DNA from: a virus
DNA length: 64,000 bases
Direction: 5' to 3' (one strand)
Virus record (IMG/VR): IMGVR_UViG_3300031603_000001
Span: 133,959-197,958 of that record
The notes beneath the pieces are model-generated. The model was not told where the DNA came from, ran no database searches, and saw only the letters and a list, made by a program, of their open reading frames with translations. Position numbers and translations under genes: made by a program. Below, piece after piece: positions 44,500-53,238 of the stretch (the first letter of the stretch is position 1; each line of letters begins with the position of its first letter).

Positions 44500-44852
44500 T
44501 CGTCATTCGTTTTTGGGATGATAATCAGGATGCCACACTGCACGCTGATGTAGACCATTTTAACTTCTTTCTGAGTCTATGGAAGAAGGCACATGATACA
44601 AATGTAAACCTTGAGGCTACACCTGATTCAACAGAACAGATCCCAGTATATAAAATCCCAAAAGCATTAGCGCATTTACCACAGATGTCTTCAGGCTCAG
44701 ATGCCAAGCAGACTTTGGAAGTGCCCTGTATACGAGTGACCGCCCTTAACGCCGACACCGGTAAGGTAGAGTCTGAATGGATAATCATTAAAGATTTAAC
44801 ACTAGAAATAGAAACAGAATTGATGGAGAGCATGTACTTTGGACATTCTTGA
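44496..44852 (+). CDS. hypothetical protein
   Basis: 118 aa from coupled ATG 44496. Confidence 0.65.
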   Translation: MIVIRFWDDNQDATLHADVDHFNFFLSLWKKAHDTNVNLEATPDSTEQIPVYKIPKALAHLPQMSSGSDAKQTLEVPCIRVTALNADTGKVESEWIIIKDLTLEIETELMESMYFGHS

Positions 44853-45249
44853 GCATTACGACGAATTACCCCAAGCACTGAGTGCAATAGTCAGAGGCTT
44901 CCTAGCAGGGAAGGACGACTATACACCTGAGGTGTTTCACTGTACCCCTGATGAAGTAGTTGATATCCTTGACAAGGATGACCTTATATTTCAGATCATA
45001 ATTGACCGGCCATATGAAGCATACTACATCGTTGCAGTAGGAGAAAAGGACAGAACTGTCCAGAGCGATCTTGTTATACACAACCCCTTCCATGTCAAGC
45101 GTGCTAGTCTATACTTCGCCTCTGTATCATCAGAATGGATCTACGCCATGAAAAGCGAGATCAACAATGAGAAGCAGATGTACGGAGAACCAGTAGAGTG
45201 GGACCAGGCAGAAGAGAAATATGCCACGCCTTTTCAGTACAGCGGATAA
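44839..45249 (+). CDS. hypothetical protein
   Basis: 136-aa ORF. Confidence 0.7.
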   Translation: MDILEHYDELPQALSAIVRGFLAGKDDYTPEVFHCTPDEVVDILDKDDLIFQIIIDRPYEAYYIVAVGEKDRTVQSDLVIHNPFHVKRASLYFASVSSEWIYAMKSEINNEKQMYGEPVEWDQAEEKYATPFQYSG

Positions 45250-45460
45250 GCTATTAGATAGGCTCGAACGCTTCTACCTATGCCAGTCTGCCCCGGCATA
45301 TATTAGGGACAACAAGTATTGGAACTCCTTTTTGGAGATACGAGAACTACGAGGCATCGGCTGCACCTACTCCCTTAATGTATGCAAAGCATGGACACAG
45401 GCTGAACCGGCACTGACACAACAACTATTGAGAGAAGAAATAAAGGATTTAAGAGAATGA
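45221..45460 (+). CDS. hypothetical protein
   Basis: 79-aa coupled ORF. Confidence 0.55.
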   Translation: MPRLFSTADKLLDRLERFYLCQSAPAYIRDNKYWNSFLEIRELRGIGCTYSLNVCKAWTQAEPALTQQLLREEIKDLRE

Positions 45461-46836
45461 ACATTTTAGTACTAGCTCCATCAGCAGCCTCAACGCACGG
45501 AGACAGCCGATACACGAGAGAACTTATCCAACAGTTACGCAGGGCAGGTAACAAGGTTGATCACTTAGCCATCGGTCATAAATACACCGAAATGGGCGTA
45601 GAAGTAGGTCAGACGTTTACCACCTTGAAGAGTCACCAACACTGCTGTGGGATACCTGATCCTGTTTTGGAGATCCAGGACCGACATGAATTCGGCGCTT
45701 TACTCATCCGAGATGGCGAACCAAAACCATGGCAACCGGAGCTTCCATGTCTACAAGGTAGACTAATGCCAGACGACTATACTGCGGGACGTAGTTTCCA
45801 GTTCATAGCAGCCAGTTTAAGGCCACACGTAGTTATCACCATAGGCGGCGCTGACCTCGGAGTATTAGCTACGGCCACACCCCTACGAGGCGGCTACAAA
45901 CACATTCACGTGTTTACCTTTGATGGCACAACTCCTCCTGATTCTATAACGCAAGGTATCGATGCGACAAGCGTCGCTACAATGCTAGAGCAGGCGGACT
46001 CCGTAGTAGCAACGAGCGAGTTTGCTGCTGACGCAATCTTTAGCATGTACAAGGGGACTAGGCCCTTAGTGATTACAGAAGGTATTGATACTACTGTATT
46101 TGCGCGGCTTCCCAATGATCCACAAGAACTTGTACGTCGTACAAACAGTACCAACTTGGTACAACTCACCAAAAGTGGAACCTACAGTTTAGATGTAGAG
46201 TCCCTTGAAGATACATACAATATCCTGGTAGTAGGTGATAACACAGAACGTAAGAACTTACCTATGGTATTAGAAACCATCGCTAAGCTCCGTCGTAGTG
46301 TGAAACAGGATAAAGATATTCGGCTGATTTTGCATGTGCCTGCCGGCGGCGTAGATGGATGGGACATTCCGCTCTTACTTAAGAAGTACAAAGCGTGGTC
46401 TTGGACTTATATACACTACCAGTATACACAGGACTTTGCTATCACTGACCGTGACCTAAACGCACTATACAACTCATCGGACATATTCCTGAGTCTATCA
46501 AGTGCCGAAGGCTGGTCAACTGCCGCATTGGAGGCGACAGCAGTAGAAGTACCAGTTATCATGCAATCATTTGGCGGTGTACAGGAATGGGGCAAGAACT
46601 CAGTGTTCTTCGTTAATTCCGTTGCTACACTTGTCAAACCAGGAACACATGAGACATGGTCTATTCCGGATCTCGTGGATGTACAGCAACTCCTAGAGGA
46701 TGCATACACTGATAGACTTCCAGAAGACCAATTGTCCGGACTACGGTCCACGGCGCGTAGGTATGACTGGAGCGCTGTATCCAAGTACTGGGTAGAGTTA
46801 TTACAAACATTTCAAACACGAGAGACAAATGACTAA
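45457..46836 (+). CDS. GT4-family glycosyltransferase
   Basis: MNILVLAP, GIDTTVF, GDNTERKNLP, YNSSDIFLSLSSAEGWSTAALEA. Confidence 0.9.
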   Translation: MNILVLAPSAASTHGDSRYTRELIQQLRRAGNKVDHLAIGHKYTEMGVEVGQTFTTLKSHQHCCGIPDPVLEIQDRHEFGALLIRDGEPKPWQPELPCLQGRLMPDDYTAGRSFQFIAASLRPHVVITIGGADLGVLATATPLRGGYKHIHVFTFDGTTPPDSITQGIDATSVATMLEQADSVVATSEFAADAIFSMYKGTRPLVITEGIDTTVFARLPNDPQELVRRTNSTNLVQLTKSGTYSLDVESLEDTYNILVVGDNTERKNLPMVLETIAKLRRSVKQDKDIRLILHVPAGGVDGWDIPLLLKKYKAWSWTYIHYQYTQDFAITDRDLNALYNSSDIFLSLSSAEGWSTAALEATAVEVPVIMQSFGGVQEWGKNSVFFVNSVATLVKPGTHETWSIPDLVDVQQLLEDAYTDRLPEDQLSGLRSTARRYDWSAVSKYWVELLQTFQTRETND

Positions 46837-47809
46837 AAGAAGCTATATACAATATGAAGATGAACACTACCTATGGTTGGACAAACGGGTAAAGAAGAAA
46901 GAAGGAAGTTGGGCTGTAATTACTATGGACTTCAACCTCCACTTCGGAACTACTCAGTCTGAGCCTACACTGTACCAGACGTATCGTAAAGCTAAACAGA
47001 CAGGTCGTATCAAAGAGGCCAAAACTGCTGCCAAGACTGCCAGTATACTAGTGGAAAAGGACTACATGAAAGTGGCTATGATCCCTGATATGCATATGCC
47101 TTATCACGACGAGAAAGCTGTAATGGCTATCTTGAATGTGGTATCTGATTGGCAACCAGATCTGTTAGTACAGATGGGTGACCTTCTTGACTTTTATCAG
47201 ATCTCACAGTTCAGCCGTGACCCGCGCTCTATCACTATGCTAGGCGATGATCTATATGAGGCAGGGCAAATGTTAGGCAAGTTCCGCCAAGCAGCCCCTA
47301 ATGCGGATATACACTGGATCAAGGGTAACCACGAGAACCGTTGGGACCGTCACTTAGTGAAGAACTCCGCAGAGTTCTATGCACTTTTCGAAGAGAATTC
47401 ATTCCTCCGTTATATGGACATTGCAGAACACAATGTACAGTTTCACGAGTATGACTATGTACACCGTGGTTTTCAATTTACACATGGTGACATTGTTCGC
47501 AAGTTCGCCGGATATGCTGCAAAAGAAATGCATACCCGCTCTAACATGAACGGCGCTATGGGTCATACTCACAGAATGGGTATGTTTCGCCACACCTACC
47601 GCGAGGAAAAGGCCTTCACATTCATGGAATGTGGGCACCTGTATGATATCAAACATGCAGGCTACATTAACGGTACCCCTAACTGGCAACAAGGCGCTGT
47701 AATGGCAGAGTTCTGGTGGCCTAAAGAGAATCATCTGGAAGTATTTCCACACTTCCTAACGACGGTAGACGGCGCTACTGTTCATAACGGTAAGAAGTAT
47801 GTCGGCTGA
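46829..47809 (+). CDS. calcineurin-like metallophosphoesterase
   Basis: IPDMHMP, MGDLLD, KGNHE, FTHG, GHTHR. Confidence 0.9.
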   Translation: MTKRSYIQYEDEHYLWLDKRVKKKEGSWAVITMDFNLHFGTTQSEPTLYQTYRKAKQTGRIKEAKTAAKTASILVEKDYMKVAMIPDMHMPYHDEKAVMAILNVVSDWQPDLLVQMGDLLDFYQISQFSRDPRSITMLGDDLYEAGQMLGKFRQAAPNADIHWIKGNHENRWDRHLVKNSAEFYALFEENSFLRYMDIAEHNVQFHEYDYVHRGFQFTHGDIVRKFAGYAAKEMHTRSNMNGAMGHTHRMGMFRHTYREEKAFTFMECGHLYDIKHAGYINGTPNWQQGAVMAEFWWPKENHLEVFPHFLTTVDGATVHNGKKYVG

Positions 47810-48524
47810 TGCAAAAAAGTCCGTAATAAGATACGCAGACCCCGCACACCCTGCAACTATTCGTATCCTGGCAGCATTTCCTGAAGAGGCCGCTGCCAGG
47901 ATACGTTTAACAGAGGAGCAGGTTAAGTACATTACACTGGTCACAGATGGCGGTGTGAACGGGCTTTCCACTATTATACCCAGGCACTGCAAGGTTGATT
48001 GTGAATTTACAGAAGTATGCCATTTCCGTCAGCTAAAACTGGATCCAGTAGGTGATCTATGTCCGGATGAAATTCTATTCATAGAAACGATTGGACCTAA
48101 GTTGATCGTCAGTATGAACATAGACACAGAGGACTTCATCGAGTGGGACATGCTCAAAGAATACATTGATGCGTCTGTGCGGGAACGTAGAGCTCAGCGC
48201 CTACTCTCTATACATGGAGAGCTTAGCCAAAGGGTGTCTGCTGTTGATCAAAAGTCAGGTGATGCTTATTGGGAAGACAAGCAGCACGAAGCTAAGAATG
48301 TACTGGACAACGCTTTACGCCAAAAGACTAAGATTAGAAAAGAATTACTATTAACACGTGAACAACGTGAGAAGTATAAGAAGGACGAGCAAGGCGATGA
48401 AGCTACTAAGATGGCTGAGATGCGCAAACGTCTGGACGATGCGAAGAAGGAAAGAGAGAAAGAAACCGAGGAAGGTGAATTTAAAGAAATGCCTGTAGAG
48501 CAGGAAGAGAAGATACAAAGGTAA
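47799..48524 (+). CDS. Cys-motif helical protein, possible terminase small subunit
   Basis: PRHC..DCEF..VC...GDLCPDE then charged helices; position upstream of terL; assignment by context only. Confidence 0.3.
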   Translation: MSADAKKSVIRYADPAHPATIRILAAFPEEAAARIRLTEEQVKYITLVTDGGVNGLSTIIPRHCKVDCEFTEVCHFRQLKLDPVGDLCPDEILFIETIGPKLIVSMNIDTEDFIEWDMLKEYIDASVRERRAQRLLSIHGELSQRVSAVDQKSGDAYWEDKQHEAKNVLDNALRQKTKIRKELLLTREQREKYKKDEQGDEATKMAEMRKRLDDAKKEREKETEEGEFKEMPVEQEEKIQR

Positions 48525-48528
48525 TATT

Positions 48529-49107
48529 ATGAATGCAGCGGCATTAGGTATGATAGGTAAGTTCGCAGGGGGCGCCGCGTTGGCTATGCTAGCAGGAGAA
48601 GCAGGCCAGGGAGCTTTGTCCTACGCTAACGCGTCATTCAAACATAAACAACATTCAGCCTTTACGTACTCTGCAGACATAATGGGTATAGAAGGCGCGG
48701 CTAAGTTTCAGATGAACAAGCTAGGCAACGCCCCGTTCCTACAAGGCATAACTACTGCAGGAGCAGTTGGTGGAGGCCTACTCGGTGCAGGCATGTTAAG
48801 CAGGCTCGGCAAAGGCGTACTAGGTAAGTCAAAGTGGGGAGCAGCGGGAGCGCTAGGCGGTGCAGTACTCGGAGGAATGAAAGCCTTCAGTGCGTACAAA
48901 GAAGTCGCTATGAACACTGTCAACCCTATGATGGGTGCCTTGAATCTATCTAATCAAAAAGCAAATTACAACAGAGTACGTGTAGGAAGTGGTACCCGCT
49001 CCTGGACTAAGCCTACACAAGGCCGACGTATGAGTGCTACTTCGCAAGGATCCGGTGGAGATCTAGTATTAGCAATGCACAGAGTTAGACATAAGTCTCT
49101 CATCTAA
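48529..49107 (+). CDS. Gly/Ala-rich putative virion protein
   Basis: GxxxG-rich hydrophobic segments. Confidence 0.6.
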   Translation: MNAAALGMIGKFAGGAALAMLAGEAGQGALSYANASFKHKQHSAFTYSADIMGIEGAAKFQMNKLGNAPFLQGITTAGAVGGGLLGAGMLSRLGKGVLGKSKWGAAGALGGAVLGGMKAFSAYKEVAMNTVNPMMGALNLSNQKANYNRVRVGSGTRSWTKPTQGRRMSATSQGSGGDLVLAMHRVRHKSLI

Positions 49108-49116
49108 GGATCTTAA

Positions 49117-50226
49117 ATGGAACTAGCAAAAGGATTATTAGGTACAGCAGTAGCGGCAACCGCAGCTACAGCAGCTATAGCGGCCAACGCGGGAGTTGAG
49201 CACTTCTCCGGTGTTAACATGATAGGCAGCGCCATGGTAATAAACCCCGCCTATGCTCTCCTTGGCGGAATGGCTATGGGGGGCGGTAGTGAATTTAAAG
49301 GAGCATTTGGATACAAATCCTTGTTACGAGGTATGAACCCGAAGGGAGTAGCAAAGGCTACTGACTATATGTCATTAGGAGGGGTAGTACTTCCCCTAGT
49401 AGAGGCCGGAGCAAAGACAGCTTTAGCTGCCGGTATGGGAGGCAATAATCTCTTCATGCACGGAGCCTCAAATGCCAGACGCTACGGGTTAGGTAACATT
49501 GTAACATCAGGGTTCCTTGATGTCGAAGGCCTTACAACCAAGACTGTCACTAAACGTGGTAAAGATATAGTTAAGAACTACGGCGACGATGTTATGCGCC
49601 TATTACAAAACCCCAAAGTAGGACCAGGGCTTATAGGGCAGGCCGCGGCGTCAGGCACAGTAGATGATTTTCTTATGGCAGTAAACAAAGGACTAGGAGG
49701 AGGTCCCTCCATAAAGGTTAAGAAACTAAAACCTGTGTATGATGCGCTGTACAACACCGTTCAGGCAGCCAAGACCTCTAAGCCAATGCGAGCCCTAAGC
49801 TGGTTATCTGGCAAAAACTGGATGGACACTTTGGCTACTATGGAAAAAGTAAGCACTAAGGGGGGCAGTACCGGCTACATGATGGCCACTGCAGGAAATA
49901 CAGGAAGAGCATTACTGACGAAAGGATCTTCCCTGGCTAAAGGTATGTCAATCTTCTCCGCGTTAAGCCTTATACAGATTGGCGGAGCAGCGGCTATGTG
50001 GGCAGGAGGCGCCTTGTTAGAAGGAGCTTCCCAGACACTAGCATACGGAGTCGACATGGTAATGGACTCCCAACGCATGGAACTTGCTAATGGTAAGTTA
50101 GCGCCAATATTCATGGGCCCCAATGCTGCGACGGAGCGTCAGCGCGCTATTAAAGCCGTATACAACGCCAAGGTAAACCCATCACAACGGGCCTTTGGTA
50201 ATGAAGCCGGGTACATGCACAGATGA
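49117..50226 (+). CDS. Gly/Ala-rich putative virion protein
   Basis: 369 aa, amphipathic/hydrophobic G/A/M-rich. Confidence 0.6.
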   Translation: MELAKGLLGTAVAATAATAAIAANAGVEHFSGVNMIGSAMVINPAYALLGGMAMGGGSEFKGAFGYKSLLRGMNPKGVAKATDYMSLGGVVLPLVEAGAKTALAAGMGGNNLFMHGASNARRYGLGNIVTSGFLDVEGLTTKTVTKRGKDIVKNYGDDVMRLLQNPKVGPGLIGQAAASGTVDDFLMAVNKGLGGGPSIKVKKLKPVYDALYNTVQAAKTSKPMRALSWLSGKNWMDTLATMEKVSTKGGSTGYMMATAGNTGRALLTKGSSLAKGMSIFSALSLIQIGGAAAMWAGGALLEGASQTLAYGVDMVMDSQRMELANGKLAPIFMGPNAATERQRAIKAVYNAKVNPSQRAFGNEAGYMHR

Positions 50227-51014
50227 TGATCGTTAGTTTCAAGACTGAGATTCCGTTAACAGACGGAACACTAACACCAGTCTCCCGTCTTGTAGGTAAA
50301 GCCGTACAAGGGTACGCCTTTGTCAATGGGCAATTTGTACCAACAGATTTGGAAGTAACACCTGTAGGCGAGCGGCGTCTGTACAGGTTACAGACCCGTA
50401 CAGGCCGTCGTATTGACATAGCCCCGAAGGGCGCATATGTATACTCAGCCTCCTCTCTAATGAGTGTGGGTACCTGGCAGCCTTTAGAAGAGGTGCCACA
50501 CACTACACGTGACAAGAACACGTCTATGCGCACTGTGGAAAAGGACATAGCTGAGCTTGGAGAATTCCCATTCTTTGGACCGGATGCTCACGACGACTAC
50601 TGGTCTCGAGTAACACGTGACGGGCTATTCAGGGATAATAAGAAGAATCCAGTTCCCGGATACTTAGGACGACTCGATGAAGGCACACTTAAAGCAGTAC
50701 TGTTACCTATTTACTTCGGCCAGAGTTCCATCAAAGTTAGAGACAGCTTCGACCGTAACAGATTGTTTCACTTATTAACACGACTTGGTATCTACACAGC
50801 TACGGCTTCAGTGGAATCAAGAGATCCCTCTGAACTGCGTATCACAGGCAATGTGAATCCAACATATATGACCTGGCAGCCAGGAACCATTCACGAGTAC
50901 AGCAAGCCTATGCTTCTACCTGCTTATGAAATCAAATCATCCCACGGAAATGTACTGGAATCTAATCTACTATGGCAAGCCCGGTTGATTTCTTCACTGA
51001 AGAAGAACGAGTAG
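50223..51014 (+). CDS. free-standing degenerate intein (Hint + LAGLIDADG remnant) homologue
   Basis: KTEIPLTDG (block A-like), GERRLYRLQTRTGRRI (block B-like), W.PLEE, VP..L..L....LKAVL...LFHLLTRLGI (endonuclease-block-like); no N-terminal Cys, no C-terminal HN. Confidence 0.65.
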   Translation: MMIVSFKTEIPLTDGTLTPVSRLVGKAVQGYAFVNGQFVPTDLEVTPVGERRLYRLQTRTGRRIDIAPKGAYVYSASSLMSVGTWQPLEEVPHTTRDKNTSMRTVEKDIAELGEFPFFGPDAHDDYWSRVTRDGLFRDNKKNPVPGYLGRLDEGTLKAVLLPIYFGQSSIKVRDSFDRNRLFHLLTRLGIYTATASVESRDPSELRITGNVNPTYMTWQPGTIHEYSKPMLLPAYEIKSSHGNVLESNLLWQARLISSLKKNE

Positions 51015-53236
51015 AACAACTCCTCGATCCTGTCTTATGGGCAGAGATAAACTTACAAGATCCTAATAAACCAGGACAGCCTCTGCGCTTACGCTGGTAC
51101 CAGAAGATAATCATGCACGACGCATCCAAACGTAGGATTCTACGCATGGGACGTCGTACAGGGAAAACGGCGACCTTAGCTATGATTGCTTTGAATAAGG
51201 CCTATACAAATCTTGATTATCAAGTCCTTATTACGGCTGCATATGATTCACAGGTACAAGAAGTATTTGAACAGATGCTACGTATGTGTGAGAATAGTCC
51301 ATTACTAGCACCCGGGGTAGCTAGAACCCGCCAACGCCCATACGAGCTGTGGCTAACTAACGGATCCCTTATCCGTGGAATGGTCGCAAACAATACAGTA
51401 CGTGGTAAATGCTTACCTAGTGGCTCTGTGGTATTATGTAAGAATTATGAGTTCATAAAGATTGAAGATATCAAACCAGGACAGTCAGTACGTAGCCTAA
51501 ACATGACAACCCTAGAGTATGAGTGGAAACCAGTAGTTGAGGTGCATGATAACGGTACACAACCTATCCTGGAACTGTCCACAACTAGCGGAAGACTACT
51601 CAGAGCCACAGGCGCACATAAGGTACATGTGCATAACAAAGGATGGACTCCCGTAGAAGAAGTGGAATCCATGTACGACACCGAGGGTTCGGGGGATTTT
51701 GTAGCACTAGGCACATTATCAGGGGGATCCAAGCTAGCACGTGTTCGTAACATAACTATTGCCGAGAAGGCACAAACATGGGATCTAGAAGTAAAAGATA
51801 ACCATAACTATGTAGCCTTCTGGCCAGACAGTGATATAGAGAGAAGTCCATACGCGGTATCCGGACTTGTAGATGGTGGTTTTTTAGTACACAACTCTGC
51901 ACATGTAGTGATCTGTGATGAAATGGATTACATGGATCAGAATCTTTTAAGAGAAGCTGTATGGCCAGTTACCTCTACTTACAAGACTACGGAAGTGGTC
52001 GTGTCTAGTACACCTACAGGCCGTAGAGAGTTCTTCTACGACATTAGTCGTAATCAACGTAAGTTCAAATTCTCGGAACATCACTTCCCATCAGCGTACT
52101 CTCCTGAATGGACACTAGAAGGTGAGTCCTTCGCACGTGATACAACAACTGTAGCCCAGTTCTCTCATGAGTACTTAGCTGAGTTTGGTGAAGCAGCAGA
52201 AGGTGTATTCAAGCATCACCTGGTAGACAAAGCCATGTACGCTTATGACTACGATAATCTGACTTACAACCCAAAGAACTTCTATACACTAGGTGTTGAT
52301 TGGAACGAAGCCGCGGCTGGTATCCAATGCGTGATCCTAGAGTGGCTCACGGATACAGAAGAGATGTATAAATATGATCCGTCAGAAGACGAGATCGATA
52401 AAGAGCCTACTAAGGTTAAACACATGTGGCGTATGTTCAGGGCTTTCAAGCTAGACTCCCTGGAGTACACGAACGTAGCAGCCATCGATGATATCCTCGG
52501 ATGGTGCAAAAAGATACCACTAGATTATGCTTGCTTCGATCAAGGCCATGGTTACACTAACTACGAACTACTTCGTATTGCTATCCAACAGGGCAGAACA
52601 GCCACAGGTAAGAATGTACGAGGCCTAGAGCATCTACTAGAGAATATGCAAGCTGTAAGTTTTGCCGCTCCGTACGAGATCATTGATCCAATCACATCCA
52701 TGACTCGTAAAAGTAAGACTAAGAATGTACTTGTACGAAACGCAGTTAAGCAGTTTGAAAACCTGAACATAATTATCCCTGCAGTAAATAAGGACAAGAA
52801 GCCCATAGAGAATAATAAGCTAGCACTGATCGGGCAACTTCGGGACTATGTCGTTGAGAGAATCGGCGAAAGCGGTGAAGTATACTCTAAAGGTAATGAT
52901 CACAGGCTAGACGCATTCATGCTAGCACTGCACGGGTATTTACTAAATAAAGATTTACTCATGCACTGGGCAGTGGCTACTAAGTCCGAAATAGTACCTA
53001 ACACCATTTCACCTGCCGCTATGACAGCGGCTATGCATTCCGCTAAAGCCAAGTCCGGCTACAAGCCCTCAGTTAAATCTACCAGTACGGTAGGCGGGGT
53101 AAATATGAATGACCTTGGCCACCACTTCGGAAGTGGAGCACCGCCAGACGCAGAGGATATACCACGCTCAGCTAACACATCATTTAGAGGACACAAGCCT
53201 CGGGCCTCCTTAGGCGGCCGAAGAATGGGAAGATAA
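50972..53236 (+). CDS. terL: terminase large subunit (intein-containing)
   Basis: ILRMGRRTGKT Walker A, VVICDEMDY Walker B, SSTPTG, FSHEYLAEF, LGVDWN, DHRLDAFMLA nuclease motifs. Confidence 0.95.
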   Translation: MASPVDFFTEEERVEQLLDPVLWAEINLQDPNKPGQPLRLRWYQKIIMHDASKRRILRMGRRTGKTATLAMIALNKAYTNLDYQVLITAAYDSQVQEVFEQMLRMCENSPLLAPGVARTRQRPYELWLTNGSLIRGMVANNTVRGKCLPSGSVVLCKNYEFIKIEDIKPGQSVRSLNMTTLEYEWKPVVEVHDNGTQPILELSTTSGRLLRATGAHKVHVHNKGWTPVEEVESMYDTEGSGDFVALGTLSGGSKLARVRNITIAEKAQTWDLEVKDNHNYVAFWPDSDIERSPYAVSGLVDGGFLVHNSAHVVICDEMDYMDQNLLREAVWPVTSTYKTTEVVVSSTPTGRREFFYDISRNQRKFKFSEHHFPSAYSPEWTLEGESFARDTTTVAQFSHEYLAEFGEAAEGVFKHHLVDKAMYAYDYDNLTYNPKNFYTLGVDWNEAAAGIQCVILEWLTDTEEMYKYDPSEDEIDKEPTKVKHMWRMFRAFKLDSLEYTNVAAIDDILGWCKKIPLDYACFDQGHGYTNYELLRIAIQQGRTATGKNVRGLEHLLENMQAVSFAAPYEIIDPITSMTRKSKTKNVLVRNAVKQFENLNIIIPAVNKDKKPIENNKLALIGQLRDYVVERIGESGEVYSKGNDHRLDAFMLALHGYLLNKDLLMHWAVATKSEIVPNTISPAAMTAAMHSAKAKSGYKPSVKSTSTVGGVNMNDLGHHFGSGAPPDAEDIPRSANTSFRGHKPRASLGGRRMGR
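51410..51895 (+). mobile_element. 162-aa mini-intein in TerL
   Basis: VRGK|CLPSG...RATGAH...WDLEVKDNHNYVA...FLVHN|SAHVV; no homing endonuclease. Confidence 0.93.
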
Positions 53237-53238
53237 AT

